This document shows positions 1-11,904 of a stretch of 64,000 nucleotides of DNA, piece by piece. The notes under the pieces are model-generated. The model saw only the letters and a program-made list of their open reading frames with translations. It had not been told where the DNA came from and did not search any database. This stretch comes from Acidimicrobiales bacterium (lineage in GTDB: Bacteria > Actinomycetota > Acidimicrobiia > Acidimicrobiales > RAAP-2). The stretch lies in NCBI GenBank assembly GCA_035948855.1, contig DASZIT010000052.1:28560-92559 (forward strand), given 5' to 3'. The position numbers and the translations under genes are program-made. Positions within the stretch are counted from its first letter, which is position 1. Every line of letters starts with the position of its first letter.

Positions 1-341
1 CGAGCCCCGTTCTCGGGCCGGAAGAACCTCGACGATCGGCAGAACGTCTCGGTGACGTAGCCGGGACACCCGTCCAGCCCGTTGAGCTCGGCAATCACCT
101 CGGCCACTTCGGACAGGAACGACGGTGACTGTTCCGGATCGGTGGCCACGTAGCACTGAGCCAGCAGGTGGGCCGCCCGGGAGCTGTCCACCGCGGTGGT
201 GTGGATCCCCAGCCGCTTCAGGGCCTGGGCCACCCGGGTGGTACCGGTGAACAGGTCGAGGGCGGTCGCCGCCCCTGAGGCCAGGGCCATCTCGGTGAGG
301 GCGGGCACCAGCCGGCGTTTGGATCCGAGGTACTTGATCAC
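1..341 (-). CDS. D12-class N6-adenine DNA methyltransferase, N-terminal part (gene runs off the left edge)
   Basis: Absent from the ORF track because no stop lies in the window. Reverse translation from GTG at 341 gives VIKYLGSKRRLVPALTEMALASGAATALDLFTGTTRVAQALKRLGIHTTAVDSS... The [KR][FY][IL]GSK N-terminus followed by DLF(S/T)GT resembles FokI/Dam-type adenine methylases. It starts 22 nt after the upstream gene's stop. Confidence 0.55.
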   Translation of the reverse strand, partial: MIKYLGSKRRLVPALTEMALASGAATALDLFTGTTRVAQALKRLGIHTTAVDSSRAAHLLAQCYVATDPEQSPSFLSEVAEVIAELNGLDGCPGYVTETFCRSSRFFRPENGA

Positions 342-363
342 TGGATGCTGGATCCGGGGCCGG

Positions 364-681
364 TCACTTGCGCCCGAACCGGCGGAACCACCAGTTGGGA
401 TCGCGGGCGTGGGCGTGGAAGTGATCGGGGATCTGCCGCATGACCCGGTCGAACGACCAGCCGTCCACCCCCAAACGCTCGTCGGCGACGGTTCCCAGTT
501 GGGCCAGCATGTGCTCCACCTCGGACTCGGGCGGATCGCTGCCGTGGGACTTCCAGACCACCATGGGCACGTCGCAGATCTCGCAGGCGGCCACCCAGCA
601 GGTGTCGTCCTCGTAGAACCACTCGGTGATCCGGGCGGCCTCGCACAACTCGCAGCCGGGCACGGTTCCGGGGCCGGTCAC
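364..681 (-). CDS. HIT-family-like small protein (histidine triad HFHAHAR, N-terminal CxxC)
   Basis: C-terminal 105 aa of track ORF 364..1587. Motifs: CELCE...FYEDDTCWVAACEICDVPMVVWKSHG...IPDHFHAHARD, which fits the HIT layout (CxxC, then HxHxHxx). The GTG start at 679-681 overlaps the kinase stop at 678-680 (GTGA). Confidence 0.6.
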   Translation of the reverse strand: MTGPGTVPGCELCEAARITEWFYEDDTCWVAACEICDVPMVVWKSHGSDPPESEVEHMLAQLGTVADERLGVDGWSFDRVMRQIPDHFHAHARDPNWWFRRFGRK

Positions 682-2636
682 GCGGTGTACATGTTGACGG
701 CGGTGCCCGGGGAAACGTTGGTGCCGGCATCGGGGGTGGTGAGGAACACCTTTCCCTTGGCCGGTCCGTAGACGGCGCCGACGGTGAGGCCCTTCGACTG
801 CAAGGCGGCGGTGGCCTGGGCGACGGTATCGCCGTCCAGGTTGGGGACCGGCACCGGTTGGGGCCCGAGGGAGACATTCACTGTCACCGTCGACTGGTAG
901 GGCGCCGGCCCGGCCGATGGGTCGGGCGAGGTGCCGATGACCTGCCCGGCCGGCACCGTCGAGTTGTAGGCATTGGCCTGGACGGGGTTGAACCCGGCCG
1001 CGGAGAGGGCGGCGGCGGCGCTGGCGTAGGTGGAACCGGGACCGGTGACCGGCGGGATGGCCACCGGGGCATGGCCCTTGGAGGTGATGATGGTGACCGT
1101 CGACCCGTAGGTGGCGCTGTTTGCCGGGCTGGTACCCAGGATCCCCCCGGCCGGCACCGTCGCGCTGTACTGGGCGGCGCTGTCTGTGCAGACCCCGACC
1201 AGGTGCACCGCCGCCAGGGCCTGGATGGCATCGGCGCAGCTGGTATAGCTGGTCAGGTTGCTGGGGATGGTCACCGGTGGAAGGCCCTTGGAGACGACCA
1301 CATCGATGGTGGTTCCCTCCTTGGCCATGGCCGGATTGCGCCCGGGCTTGGCCGCCGGCTGCTGGCTGAGGATGATCCCCGGGCCCACGGTGGTGCTGAA
1401 CTGGGTGGCGCTCTGGTGGACCTTGAAGTGGTCGGCGGAAGTGGCCCGGACGGCGTCCGGCACCGTCTTGCCCACCAACGAAGGCACCGCATGACTGGCG
1501 GTGAACAGCTGCTGCCGGAAGGCGAGCACCACGCCGGCGGCAATCAGCGCGGCCACCAACACCGCGATGCCGGCCATCCACGGCCATCGCCTTCGGGGTC
1601 GAGGGTCGCCGGTCCCGGGTGAGGGCGGATCGGTGACCCCGGACCTTGGCCGGTCGGTCGACTTCTCCGGTGACAGGAGTGCGGAGGCGACACCCAGCTC
1701 GGTGGCGTCGCCACCGCCGGACCGGGTTGTCTCGCCGATGCCCGGCCCGACCCGCGCCCGTTCGGGATCCTTGACCGGCGCGGCGTTACCCAGCGCCAAC
1801 GGCTCGGGTTCGGGGAGGGCGATCTGCAGGGCCTGCAGTCTCAAGATCAACGCGGCCGCGTCGTAGCGCTCATCGGGCTCGGGAGCCGCCGCCCACACCA
1901 GCACCTCATTGAGGGGACCGAGCGCTTCGTGCTCGGGCAACAGTGTCCCCACCCGGGCCATGAGGGTGGCGATGGTGGTATCCCCGGTGAACGGCACCTT
2001 CCCGGTCACTCCTTCATAGAGCACCAGGGCGAGGGAGTAGACGTCGGCCCTCCCGTCGAGCGTCCAACCTTCCACCTGTTCGGGGGCGGCATACCGGGCC
2101 GTTCCCAGGATGGCCCCCTCGGGTTCGGTCCAGGCCGCTTCAGCCAGGGCCCGGGCCAACCCGAAGTCGGCGATCCGCAAGCGGCGCTCGGCGTCGAACA
2201 ACAAGTTGGCCGGCTTGATGTCCCGGTGGACCAGGCCCCGGCGGTGGGCATAGTCGAGGCCGGCGGCGGCCTCCAGGCCGATCCGGACCGCCTGCTCGGG
2301 AGTGAGGAGTACCCCCGAATCGTAAATCTGGCGCAGGCTGCCTCCGGCCAGGTATTCGAGGACCAGATACGGTTCGCCGCCCTCCTCGCCCCAGTCGTAG
2401 ACCTGGAGGATGTTCGGGTGGTTGAGGGCGGCCACCGCCCGGGCTTCGGCCCGGAACCGCTTCAGAAACGAGACGTCACCGGCCAGGGCCGGATGGAGCA
2501 CCTTGATGGCCACCTTCCGGTGGAGGTTGACGTCCTCGGCGAGATAGACGTGGGCGGACGCGCCGGTACCCAGGGCGGTTACAAGTCGGTAGCGGTCGCC
2601 GAGGACCCGCCCGATGGAGTCCGTAATGCTCGGCAT
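678..2636 (-). CDS. pknB: Ser/Thr protein kinase with transmembrane segment and four extracellular PASTA repeats (PknB-like)
   Basis: Kinase motifs GTGASAHVYLAEDVNLHRKVAIKVL, HRDIKPANLL, IADFGLA and YAAPEQ. TM helix WPWMAGIAVLVAALIAAGVVLAF. Four repeats of about 65 aa ending in ...SKG/SLG, typical of PASTA domains. Confidence 0.93.
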   Translation of the reverse strand: MPSITDSIGRVLGDRYRLVTALGTGASAHVYLAEDVNLHRKVAIKVLHPALAGDVSFLKRFRAEARAVAALNHPNILQVYDWGEEGGEPYLVLEYLAGGSLRQIYDSGVLLTPEQAVRIGLEAAAGLDYAHRRGLVHRDIKPANLLFDAERRLRIADFGLARALAEAAWTEPEGAILGTARYAAPEQVEGWTLDGRADVYSLALVLYEGVTGKVPFTGDTTIATLMARVGTLLPEHEALGPLNEVLVWAAAPEPDERYDAAALILRLQALQIALPEPEPLALGNAAPVKDPERARVGPGIGETTRSGGGDATELGVASALLSPEKSTDRPRSGVTDPPSPGTGDPRPRRRWPWMAGIAVLVAALIAAGVVLAFRQQLFTASHAVPSLVGKTVPDAVRATSADHFKVHQSATQFSTTVGPGIILSQQPAAKPGRNPAMAKEGTTIDVVVSKGLPPVTIPSNLTSYTSCADAIQALAAVHLVGVCTDSAAQYSATVPAGGILGTSPANSATYGSTVTIITSKGHAPVAIPPVTGPGSTYASAAAALSAAGFNPVQANAYNSTVPAGQVIGTSPDPSAGPAPYQSTVTVNVSLGPQPVPVPNLDGDTVAQATAALQSKGLTVGAVYGPAKGKVFLTTPDAGTNVSPGTAVNMYTA

Positions 2637-2750
2637 CGTTCCTCTTAGGGTACCGATCAGTCAAGCACTTGCGGTGGAGGGTATCGCCCACCTGGGCATT
2701 CCCGAGATTCGGCCGCCGAACCCCTTCAATCTCGGCAAACCCGGTGCAAT

Positions 2751-3680
2751 TCAAACGGTGAGTTGCAGCCCGGGCGGCGGGCGGCTCGGCCATCCCCGGC
2801 CGGCGAGGAGGCCGGTGATCTCGGCAGAAAGCGCGGCCGCGGCCCGGGAGAGGGGACGGTCCCCCCGGTGTACCAATCCGATTTCTCTCCGGAAGCTCAG
2901 CGATCTCACCCGCAGCCGGTGAAGGTCCGGGTGGGCGGAGGCCACGATGCTCGGAACGATGGCGGCGCCCAATCCGGCGCCCACCAGGGCCAGAACGCCG
3001 TCCATCTCCCCGCCTTCCAGGGCGACCACCGGCTCGAATCCGGCTTGGTGGCACACGCTCAGCGTCACCGTCTTGAGGTCGTAGCCGTCTCGGAACATGA
3101 CCAGCGGAACCTGGGACAGGTCGGCAATCTCGATGCGCCGGCGGGCGGCCAGCGGGTGATCGGCAGAGGTGACCACCACCAGCTCCTCGATGGCCAGGGT
3201 CACGCTGTCGAGGAGCGGCTGGTGCAGGGGCAGGATGGCCAGGGCCACATCGAGCTCGCCGGATTCGAGCCCGTCAACCAGGCGCCGGGATCCCTGCTCG
3301 GTCACGGCCAGGGCGACTCCCGGATGACGCTGGTGAAAGCGGGAGAGGGCGGCAGGGAGCAACGTGGTGCTGAGGCTCGGGGTGGCGCCGATGGCGACCC
3401 GGCCGCGCTGCAAGCTGTCCAGGTCGGCGACACCGTCGACCAACTCCTCGACGTCGGCCAGGGCCCGGCGGGCCAACGGCAGCAAGAGCTCACCGGCGTC
3501 GGTCAAGGAGACCTTCCCCGGGGCGCGGTGGAAGAGCTGGGTGCCGAGGGTCCGCTCGAGCTGGCGGATCTGCGCACTCACCGACGGCTGGGCCACGTGG
3601 AGACGTTCGGCAGCGCGGGTGAAGTGACGGTCTTCGGCAACGGCCACGAAATACTCGAGCTGATGCAGCTGGGGTCTCAT
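2751..3680 (-). CDS. LysR-family transcriptional regulator
   Basis: MRPQLHQLEYFVAVAEDRHFTRAAERLHVAQPSVSAQIRQLERTLGTQLFHR is a classic LysR wHTH, followed by a substrate-binding domain. I prefer ATG at 3680 over the track's GTG at 3686. Confidence 0.92.
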   Translation of the reverse strand: MRPQLHQLEYFVAVAEDRHFTRAAERLHVAQPSVSAQIRQLERTLGTQLFHRAPGKVSLTDAGELLLPLARRALADVEELVDGVADLDSLQRGRVAIGATPSLSTTLLPAALSRFHQRHPGVALAVTEQGSRRLVDGLESGELDVALAILPLHQPLLDSVTLAIEELVVVTSADHPLAARRRIEIADLSQVPLVMFRDGYDLKTVTLSVCHQAGFEPVVALEGGEMDGVLALVGAGLGAAIVPSIVASAHPDLHRLRVRSLSFRREIGLVHRGDRPLSRAAAALSAEITGLLAGRGWPSRPPPGLQLTV

Positions 3681-3702
3681 AGCCACAGCCTATGGAACAT
3701 AG
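3679..3702. promoter_or_regulatory. LysR-type T-N11-A box overlapping a second palindrome
   Basis: ATAGccacagcCTAT (3679-3693) immediately overlaps CTATGgaaCATAG (3690-3702). It lies in the divergent region between the LysR gene and the methyltransferase at 3829. Confidence 0.5.
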
Positions 3703-3828
3703 GGTCATCATGTCTTGGCGTTCTGCAATGCCTCCGGCACCTGGTCGGGGGCGGTTGCCGCCTGTTCATCCCAGCCGACGCCCCTCAGAGACTCAGAATT
3801 GGGGACGCGGCGATGGTAGACAGGGGCG

Positions 3829-4914
3829 ATGGCCTCCGACCTCGACAGCCACCCCGATGAGATGGAGTCGGCGCTGTTCGCGTTGCAGGTCTGGAAGTTC
3901 AAAGAGGGCGAGGTGGTTTCTTTGATGATCCACCTCGGTGACCGGCTCGGCTTGTACAAGGCGATGATGGGCCAGGGCCCGATGACCGCGGAGGAATTAG
4001 CAACCTCCACCGGTTTGCACGAACGCTGGTTGCTCGAATGGTTGCGGAGTCAAGCCGCCGCCTCGCTCATCGAGACCCCCGACGGAGACCACTTCGAGTT
4101 GAAGCCCGAGGCCGCGGACGTTCTGGTGGAGGATGTCGAGAGCCTGTGGTTCGCCGCCGGCGCCTTCCAGGGTGGCGTGGCATCCCCCGACGTCGTCGAC
4201 CGGCTGGCCGATGCCTTTCGGACCGGGATCGGCCTCAGCTATGACGACCTCGGCCCGTCCGCCGCCCACACCGTTGAGCGGATGCTCGGACCCTGGTCCC
4301 GGCTGGCTCTGGTGCCGGTGGTGCTTCCCGCTCTCGACGGGGTGGTGGCCCGCCTGGGCCGAGGCGCTCGGGTGGCCGATGTCGGCTGCGGATCAGGCGT
4401 CGCCCTCCTCACCATGGCCGAGGCCTTTCCCAATTCCCGCTTCGAGGGATACGACCCGTCTGAGCACGCCATCCATCGGGCGGGCGCCAAATTGGAAGCC
4501 GGGACCCTCTCCAACGTCGCCTTCCACCCGGTCGGGGCCAACGACCTTCCGGCGGAGCCGACATTCGATCTGGTACTCACCCTGGACTGCCTGCACGACA
4601 TGCCCCGTCCGGCCGAGGCCCTGGCGGCTATCCGTCGATGTATCAAAGACGACGGGACCTTGTTGGTGAAAGACATCCGGGCCGGTGTCACCTGGGACGA
4701 GAATCAACGCAATCCGCTTCTCGCCCTGATGTACGGGACGTCGGTTTCCACCTGCATGTCGTCGGCCCTCTCGGAGCCGGGCGGGGCCGGGCTGGGCACC
4801 CTCGGGCTCCACCGGGAACTGGCCGAGGAGATGTGCCGGGAGGCGGGCTTCACCACCTTCACCCTTCACGACTTCGAGGACCCGGCCAACCTCTACTACG
4901 AAGTTCGCCCCTGA
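3829..4914 (+). CDS. Class I SAM-dependent methyltransferase with N-terminal winged-helix/dimerisation domain
   Basis: Motif I VADVGCGSGVALLTMAE, then EGYDPSEHAI and LDCLHDMPRP. 361 aa. Divergent from the LysR gene. Confidence 0.85.
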   Translation: MASDLDSHPDEMESALFALQVWKFKEGEVVSLMIHLGDRLGLYKAMMGQGPMTAEELATSTGLHERWLLEWLRSQAAASLIETPDGDHFELKPEAADVLVEDVESLWFAAGAFQGGVASPDVVDRLADAFRTGIGLSYDDLGPSAAHTVERMLGPWSRLALVPVVLPALDGVVARLGRGARVADVGCGSGVALLTMAEAFPNSRFEGYDPSEHAIHRAGAKLEAGTLSNVAFHPVGANDLPAEPTFDLVLTLDCLHDMPRPAEALAAIRRCIKDDGTLLVKDIRAGVTWDENQRNPLLALMYGTSVSTCMSSALSEPGGAGLGTLGLHRELAEEMCREAGFTTFTLHDFEDPANLYYEVRP

Positions 4915-4918
4915 ACCC

Positions 4919-5266
4919 CTAACCCTCGTTGGTGGCGGCGCCGAACAGCGCCGCCAACGGCTCGACGTCATCGGGGCGCCCGGGGTCGGCGGCGATACGC
5001 AGGACGACGGTGTCGGCCCGGCGGACCATGTCCCACTCCACAAACTGACAACACTGTCGCTCGGCGGTTACCAGCGACTCGAGTTCCTCGTGGGCATCGA
5101 GTGGGTAGCTGACCTCCACTATGGGCCCGGACCGGCGGGAAACCGGGCGGGTCACCGCGGCCAGTTGTTGCCAGCGCAAGACCCGGGCCCGCCCGTCGTC
5201 TGGCCCCAGGGTGCAGGCAGCCTCGTTCACCGGTTCAGGGGATGGAACATCGGGGATCCTTGTCAT
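4919..5266 (-). CDS. Hypothetical protein with vicinal Cys-Cys (ERQCCQFV)
   Basis: Real-looking C-terminal part of track ORF 4919..5368. Start chosen at ATG 5266 (MTRIPDVPS...). Divergent from the MarR gene. Function unknown. Confidence 0.5.
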   Translation of the reverse strand: MTRIPDVPSPEPVNEAACTLGPDDGRARVLRWQQLAAVTRPVSRRSGPIVEVSYPLDAHEELESLVTAERQCCQFVEWDMVRRADTVVLRIAADPGRPDDVEPLAALFGAATNEG

Positions 5267-5357
5267 ACTCTTCGCGCTCTTACAACCAGCCTGGCGCATA
5301 CATCGAGATCCGTCAATGTATGCGTCGCCGCCATCGCTGCCCTCTTGGTACGTGATC

Positions 5358-5387
5358 TTGACTGTCAACCTAATTGACTATAGGTTG
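5358..5387. promoter_or_regulatory. Candidate MarR operator: two overlapping inverted repeats in an AT-richer spacer
   Basis: TTGACtGTCAA (5358-5368) and CAACCTAattgactaTAGGTTG (5366-5387). It sits between the divergent genes at 5266 (-) and 5385 (+). Confidence 0.45.
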
Positions 5388-5846
5388 GCCACCATCAGCC
5401 GAGAACCCCGCGGGTACGAAGACTTGGTGCTACCTCCATTGCTCGCGGCGGCGCGGCGGACCTACACCACCGCCATTCGCACCGCCCTGGTCGACGCGGG
5501 GTTTGACGACATTCCTCGTAGCGGCGGCTCGTTGCTGGGCCGCATCGCCCGGAGCGGTCACGAACTGCGTGACGTGGCCGGCGAACTGGCGGTGTCCAAG
5601 CAGGCCGCCAGCCAGCTCGTCGACACCCTGGTCACCCGGGGCTACGTCGAGCGCAGGCCCGACCCCGATGATCGGCGCCGGGTGACGGTGGGACTCACCG
5701 ACCGCGGCAGGTCGGCTGCGGCCGAGATCCGCCAAGCGGTCGAAGGGGTCGACGCCGAACTGGCCACCAAGGTCAGCCATCAAGACCTGGCTCGCGCCCG
5801 AACCGTTCTGGGGGCCATCGTGGAGATGGGTCATGGCCCTACCTGA
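5385..5846 (+). CDS. MarR-family transcriptional regulator
   Basis: ELRDVAGELAVSKQAASQLVDTLVTRGYVERRPDPDDRRRVTVGLTDRG is a MarR wHTH with wing. The N-terminus of track ORF 5121..5846 overlaps the opposite-strand gene, so I chose the TTG start at 5385 (uncertain by a few codons). Confidence 0.8.
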   Translation: MATISREPRGYEDLVLPPLLAAARRTYTTAIRTALVDAGFDDIPRSGGSLLGRIARSGHELRDVAGELAVSKQAASQLVDTLVTRGYVERRPDPDDRRRVTVGLTDRGRSAAAEIRQAVEGVDAELATKVSHQDLARARTVLGAIVEMGHGPT

Positions 5847-6624
5847 CCGGTCGAACATTTCGGCGGTGGGCTGGACGGCGGTGTCGGTGGCCAGATGCCG
5901 GGCCGTCGAGAGTGCCCGTCCCGACGCATGGTTCAACGATCCATTGGCCGTGCACTTGGTACGGAACGTCGATCATTCCGCACCCGCCGCACGCCCCGGC
6001 CTGGAGGCGTGGATATCGGTCAGAACCCGCTTCCTCGACGAGTTGACGGAACAGGCGACCGACGACGGAATACGGCAGGTGGTCATCGTGGCCGCCGGCC
6101 TCGACGCACGCGCCTTCCGGCTGCCGCTGCCACCTGACACCACCGTCTTCGAGGTCGACCGGAGCGACATCCTGGACGTGAAGGAGACCTTGATCAACCA
6201 AGCCGGCCTTGCCCCGGGCTGCCGCCGCCAGACGGTGGTCGCCGACATCCTCGACCCGGAATGGATGTCTCGACTCGCCGATCGCGGTTGGGAACCTGGC
6301 CGATCGACGTTGTGGATCCTGGAGGGCCTGCTCATCTACCTCGACCACTGCCAGCGGGTCCGACTGCTGTCCCAGCTCGCCGCGGCCTCCGACCATGGCC
6401 GGCTGGGCGTCACCCTGAGCACGGAGACGGGCCCGATGCGGCATCCTCTCTGGCGCCCATCCGTCGAGGACGACCCGGAGGTCTGGATGTCGTCCTCGGG
6501 TTGGGCTGCCCGGACCGAGACCATGACTGAAGCCAGCGTGTCGTTCGGGCGGCCGTTGCCCGCCACCGCGAGGGCCGGCCGCTCTTGGCGGCTGGTCGGC
6601 GCCACCGCCGCCGGCCATCGATAG
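5833..6624 (+). CDS. SAM-dependent methyltransferase (actinobacterial putative O-methyltransferase / leucine carboxyl methyltransferase-like family)
   Basis: AVGWTAVSVARCRAVES...FNDPLA, VVIVAAGLDARAFRL, VFEVDRSDILDVKE and WILEGLLIYL. The ATG overlaps the MarR stop by 14 nt. Confidence 0.85.
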   Translation: MALPDRSNISAVGWTAVSVARCRAVESARPDAWFNDPLAVHLVRNVDHSAPAARPGLEAWISVRTRFLDELTEQATDDGIRQVVIVAAGLDARAFRLPLPPDTTVFEVDRSDILDVKETLINQAGLAPGCRRQTVVADILDPEWMSRLADRGWEPGRSTLWILEGLLIYLDHCQRVRLLSQLAAASDHGRLGVTLSTETGPMRHPLWRPSVEDDPEVWMSSSGWAARTETMTEASVSFGRPLPATARAGRSWRLVGATAAGHR

Positions 6625-6673
6625 ATAAATGAGTATAAAAAACTTAACCCGATAACCATCAAAGACAACGGAG

Positions 6674-7264
6674 TTGCCGAGGCGTACCCTGCAACTGGTG
6701 AACCCCGAGCATCTCAAAATACGTAGTAGCGAATATTGGTATGAATCGCTCCGCGACAACATCATGCCGTGGGTCATCGGCGGTGTCGATCTGGGTGACG
6801 ATGTGCTCGAAGTGGGACCCGGACCCGGATTGACCACCGATCTGCTGCGGCCCCGGATGAAGGTGCTCACCACGGTCGAGCTCGACGACAAAATGGCCGC
6901 GGACCTTTCATCCCGGCTGGCCGGCACCAACGTCAGGGTCGTCCATGGTGACGCCACCGCCATGCCGTTCGAGGATCACCGCTTCACCGGGGCGACATCC
7001 TTCGCCATGCTCCACCATGTCCCCACCACCGAGATGCAGGATCAACTGTTCACCGAGGTGGCCAGAGTGCTCAAACCCGGTGGGGTGTTTGCCGCCTTTG
7101 ACGGCATTACCAACCCAGGGATAGCCACTTTTCACGAGAAGGGCATTTACCACCCCATCGACCCCAACACGCTCGAGTCACGCCTATCGGCCGCCGGCTT
7201 CACCTCGATCGAAGTGGAAACCAACGAGCTCGGGTGGGCCGCCAAAGCCCGTGTCAGCGCCTGA
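6674..7264 (+). CDS. Class I SAM-dependent methyltransferase (Methyltransf_11-like)
   Basis: VLEVGPGPGLTTDLL, VHGDATAMPFED and LKPGGVFAAFD. TTG start preceded by acGGAG. The upstream 50 nt (6625-6673) are unusually AT-rich. Confidence 0.8.
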   Translation: MPRRTLQLVNPEHLKIRSSEYWYESLRDNIMPWVIGGVDLGDDVLEVGPGPGLTTDLLRPRMKVLTTVELDDKMAADLSSRLAGTNVRVVHGDATAMPFEDHRFTGATSFAMLHHVPTTEMQDQLFTEVARVLKPGGVFAAFDGITNPGIATFHEKGIYHPIDPNTLESRLSAAGFTSIEVETNELGWAAKARVSA

Positions 7265-7325
7265 GTAGGACAACCAACGACCAGCAGTTTCGGGCGATTG
7301 GGCCGGCGTCACCGTCGGCCGGCGC

Positions 7326-10516
<3,191 letters not shown>

Positions 10517-10520
10517 CGGT

Positions 10521-11684
10521 CTAGTTTCGCAGGCGGGCGACGACGGCCGGAACCACGTCCAACGCGTGATCGACATCGGCGTCGGTCGACGTCGTCCCCA
10601 ACGAGAACCGGATCCCGCTGCCGGCCGCCTCCTTACCGAACCCCATGGCCAGCAGCACGTGGCTCGGCTCCACGGCTCCGCTCGAGCAGGCGGCACCGGC
10701 GGAGGCAGCCACCCCGGCGTCGTCGAGGAGGACCACCATCGCCTCACTCTCGACCCCGTCGAAGCGGAGATGGGCATGTCCGGGGACCTTGGCGCTTCGG
10801 TCCCCGGTCTCCGCGGTTCCCGCCACCGAGGCCAGCAACCTATCGACCAACCGGTCACGGAGCCCGGTGACCCGGGTCACGGTGTCCGTGCGCTCGGCCA
10901 CCGTCGCCGACAGGGCAGCGGCCATGGCCACAATGCCGGCCACATTGTGGGTCCCGCTCCTGCGCTCCCGCTCCTGTCCCCCGCCATGGATGACCGCCTC
11001 GATGGGCACCCCGTTGCGGACCACCAGGGCGCCCACCCCCTGGGGACCACCGAACTTGTGGGCGCTCACCGACAGGAGGTCGACGACGGCGGTGATCGGC
11101 GGCATCTCCAGCCAGGGCGCCGCCTGGACGGCGTCGGTGTGGAGCACGGCATCCGGCGACAGGGTGCGGACGAGGCGGGAGACGTCGTGGAGCGGCTGGA
11201 CGGTGCCGATTTCGTTGTTCACCGCCATCACCGACACCAGCCGGACATCGGGGGTGCAGGCTTCGGCCATCCCGTCGAGATCGACCATCCCCGAACGGTC
11301 GGCGCCCACCTCCCGGAGCCCGTGACTCCCGGGCCCGGCCGCCGCCCGGCAGGTGTTGAGCACCGCGTGGTGCTCCATGGCCGTGCACACGATCGGGCCC
11401 GCCCGGCCGCCGGCGGAGACCGGCACAGCGCGGAGGGCACCGGTGATGGCCAGATTGTCCGCCTCGGTCCCGCTTCCGGTGAACACCACCTCACCGAGGT
11501 CAGCCCCGAGAAGGCCGGCGATCTGCTCGCGGGCATCGTCCACCGCCAGGCGCGCCCTCCGGGACTCGCGGTGGCTCCCCGAGGCGTTGCCGGATATCCC
11601 CTCCCCGCGGAGGAAAGGGAGCATGGCCTCGACCGCCTCCGGTCGCATGGGCGTGGTGGCCGCATGGTCGAGATAGGCGCGCAT
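10521..11684 (-). CDS. Cysteine desulfurase (NifS/IscS-like, class V aminotransferase fold)
   Basis: MRAYLDHAATTPMRPEAVEAM, PLP lysine motif SAHKFGGPQG, and active-site Cys in SAGAACSSG. ATG at 11684. The track ORF extends spuriously to 12050. Confidence 0.9.
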   Translation of the reverse strand: MRAYLDHAATTPMRPEAVEAMLPFLRGEGISGNASGSHRESRRARLAVDDAREQIAGLLGADLGEVVFTGSGTEADNLAITGALRAVPVSAGGRAGPIVCTAMEHHAVLNTCRAAAGPGSHGLREVGADRSGMVDLDGMAEACTPDVRLVSVMAVNNEIGTVQPLHDVSRLVRTLSPDAVLHTDAVQAAPWLEMPPITAVVDLLSVSAHKFGGPQGVGALVVRNGVPIEAVIHGGGQERERRSGTHNVAGIVAMAAALSATVAERTDTVTRVTGLRDRLVDRLLASVAGTAETGDRSAKVPGHAHLRFDGVESEAMVVLLDDAGVAASAGAACSSGAVEPSHVLLAMGFGKEAAGSGIRFSLGTTSTDADVDHALDVVPAVVARLRN

Positions 11685-11904
11685 GCGCCCAGTCTTACGC
11701 AACCCGGCACCGAGTCGGACACCGCGCCAGCCGGAGGATCCGAGCTGGTCATGATGCGATGGGGCCGCCAGTGTCGTCCTCCGGCCTGACCGGCCCCTGA
11801 CGCGTCCGCGGCCCTCCGAGATGAGAAGCTTCATGCCGGCCGCTTCGCCCGTCAGGCCATCGCCCCGAGCGACGGGGCGACCGAGGGACCGGCCCCTGCT
11901 AACC

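Noticed and set aside
7265-7325. Possible bidirectional terminator between the methyltransferase and ligA (GCCGGC...GCCGGC)
   Set aside because: It has only a 6-bp self-complementary stem with a 10-nt loop and no U-tract. That is too weak to call.
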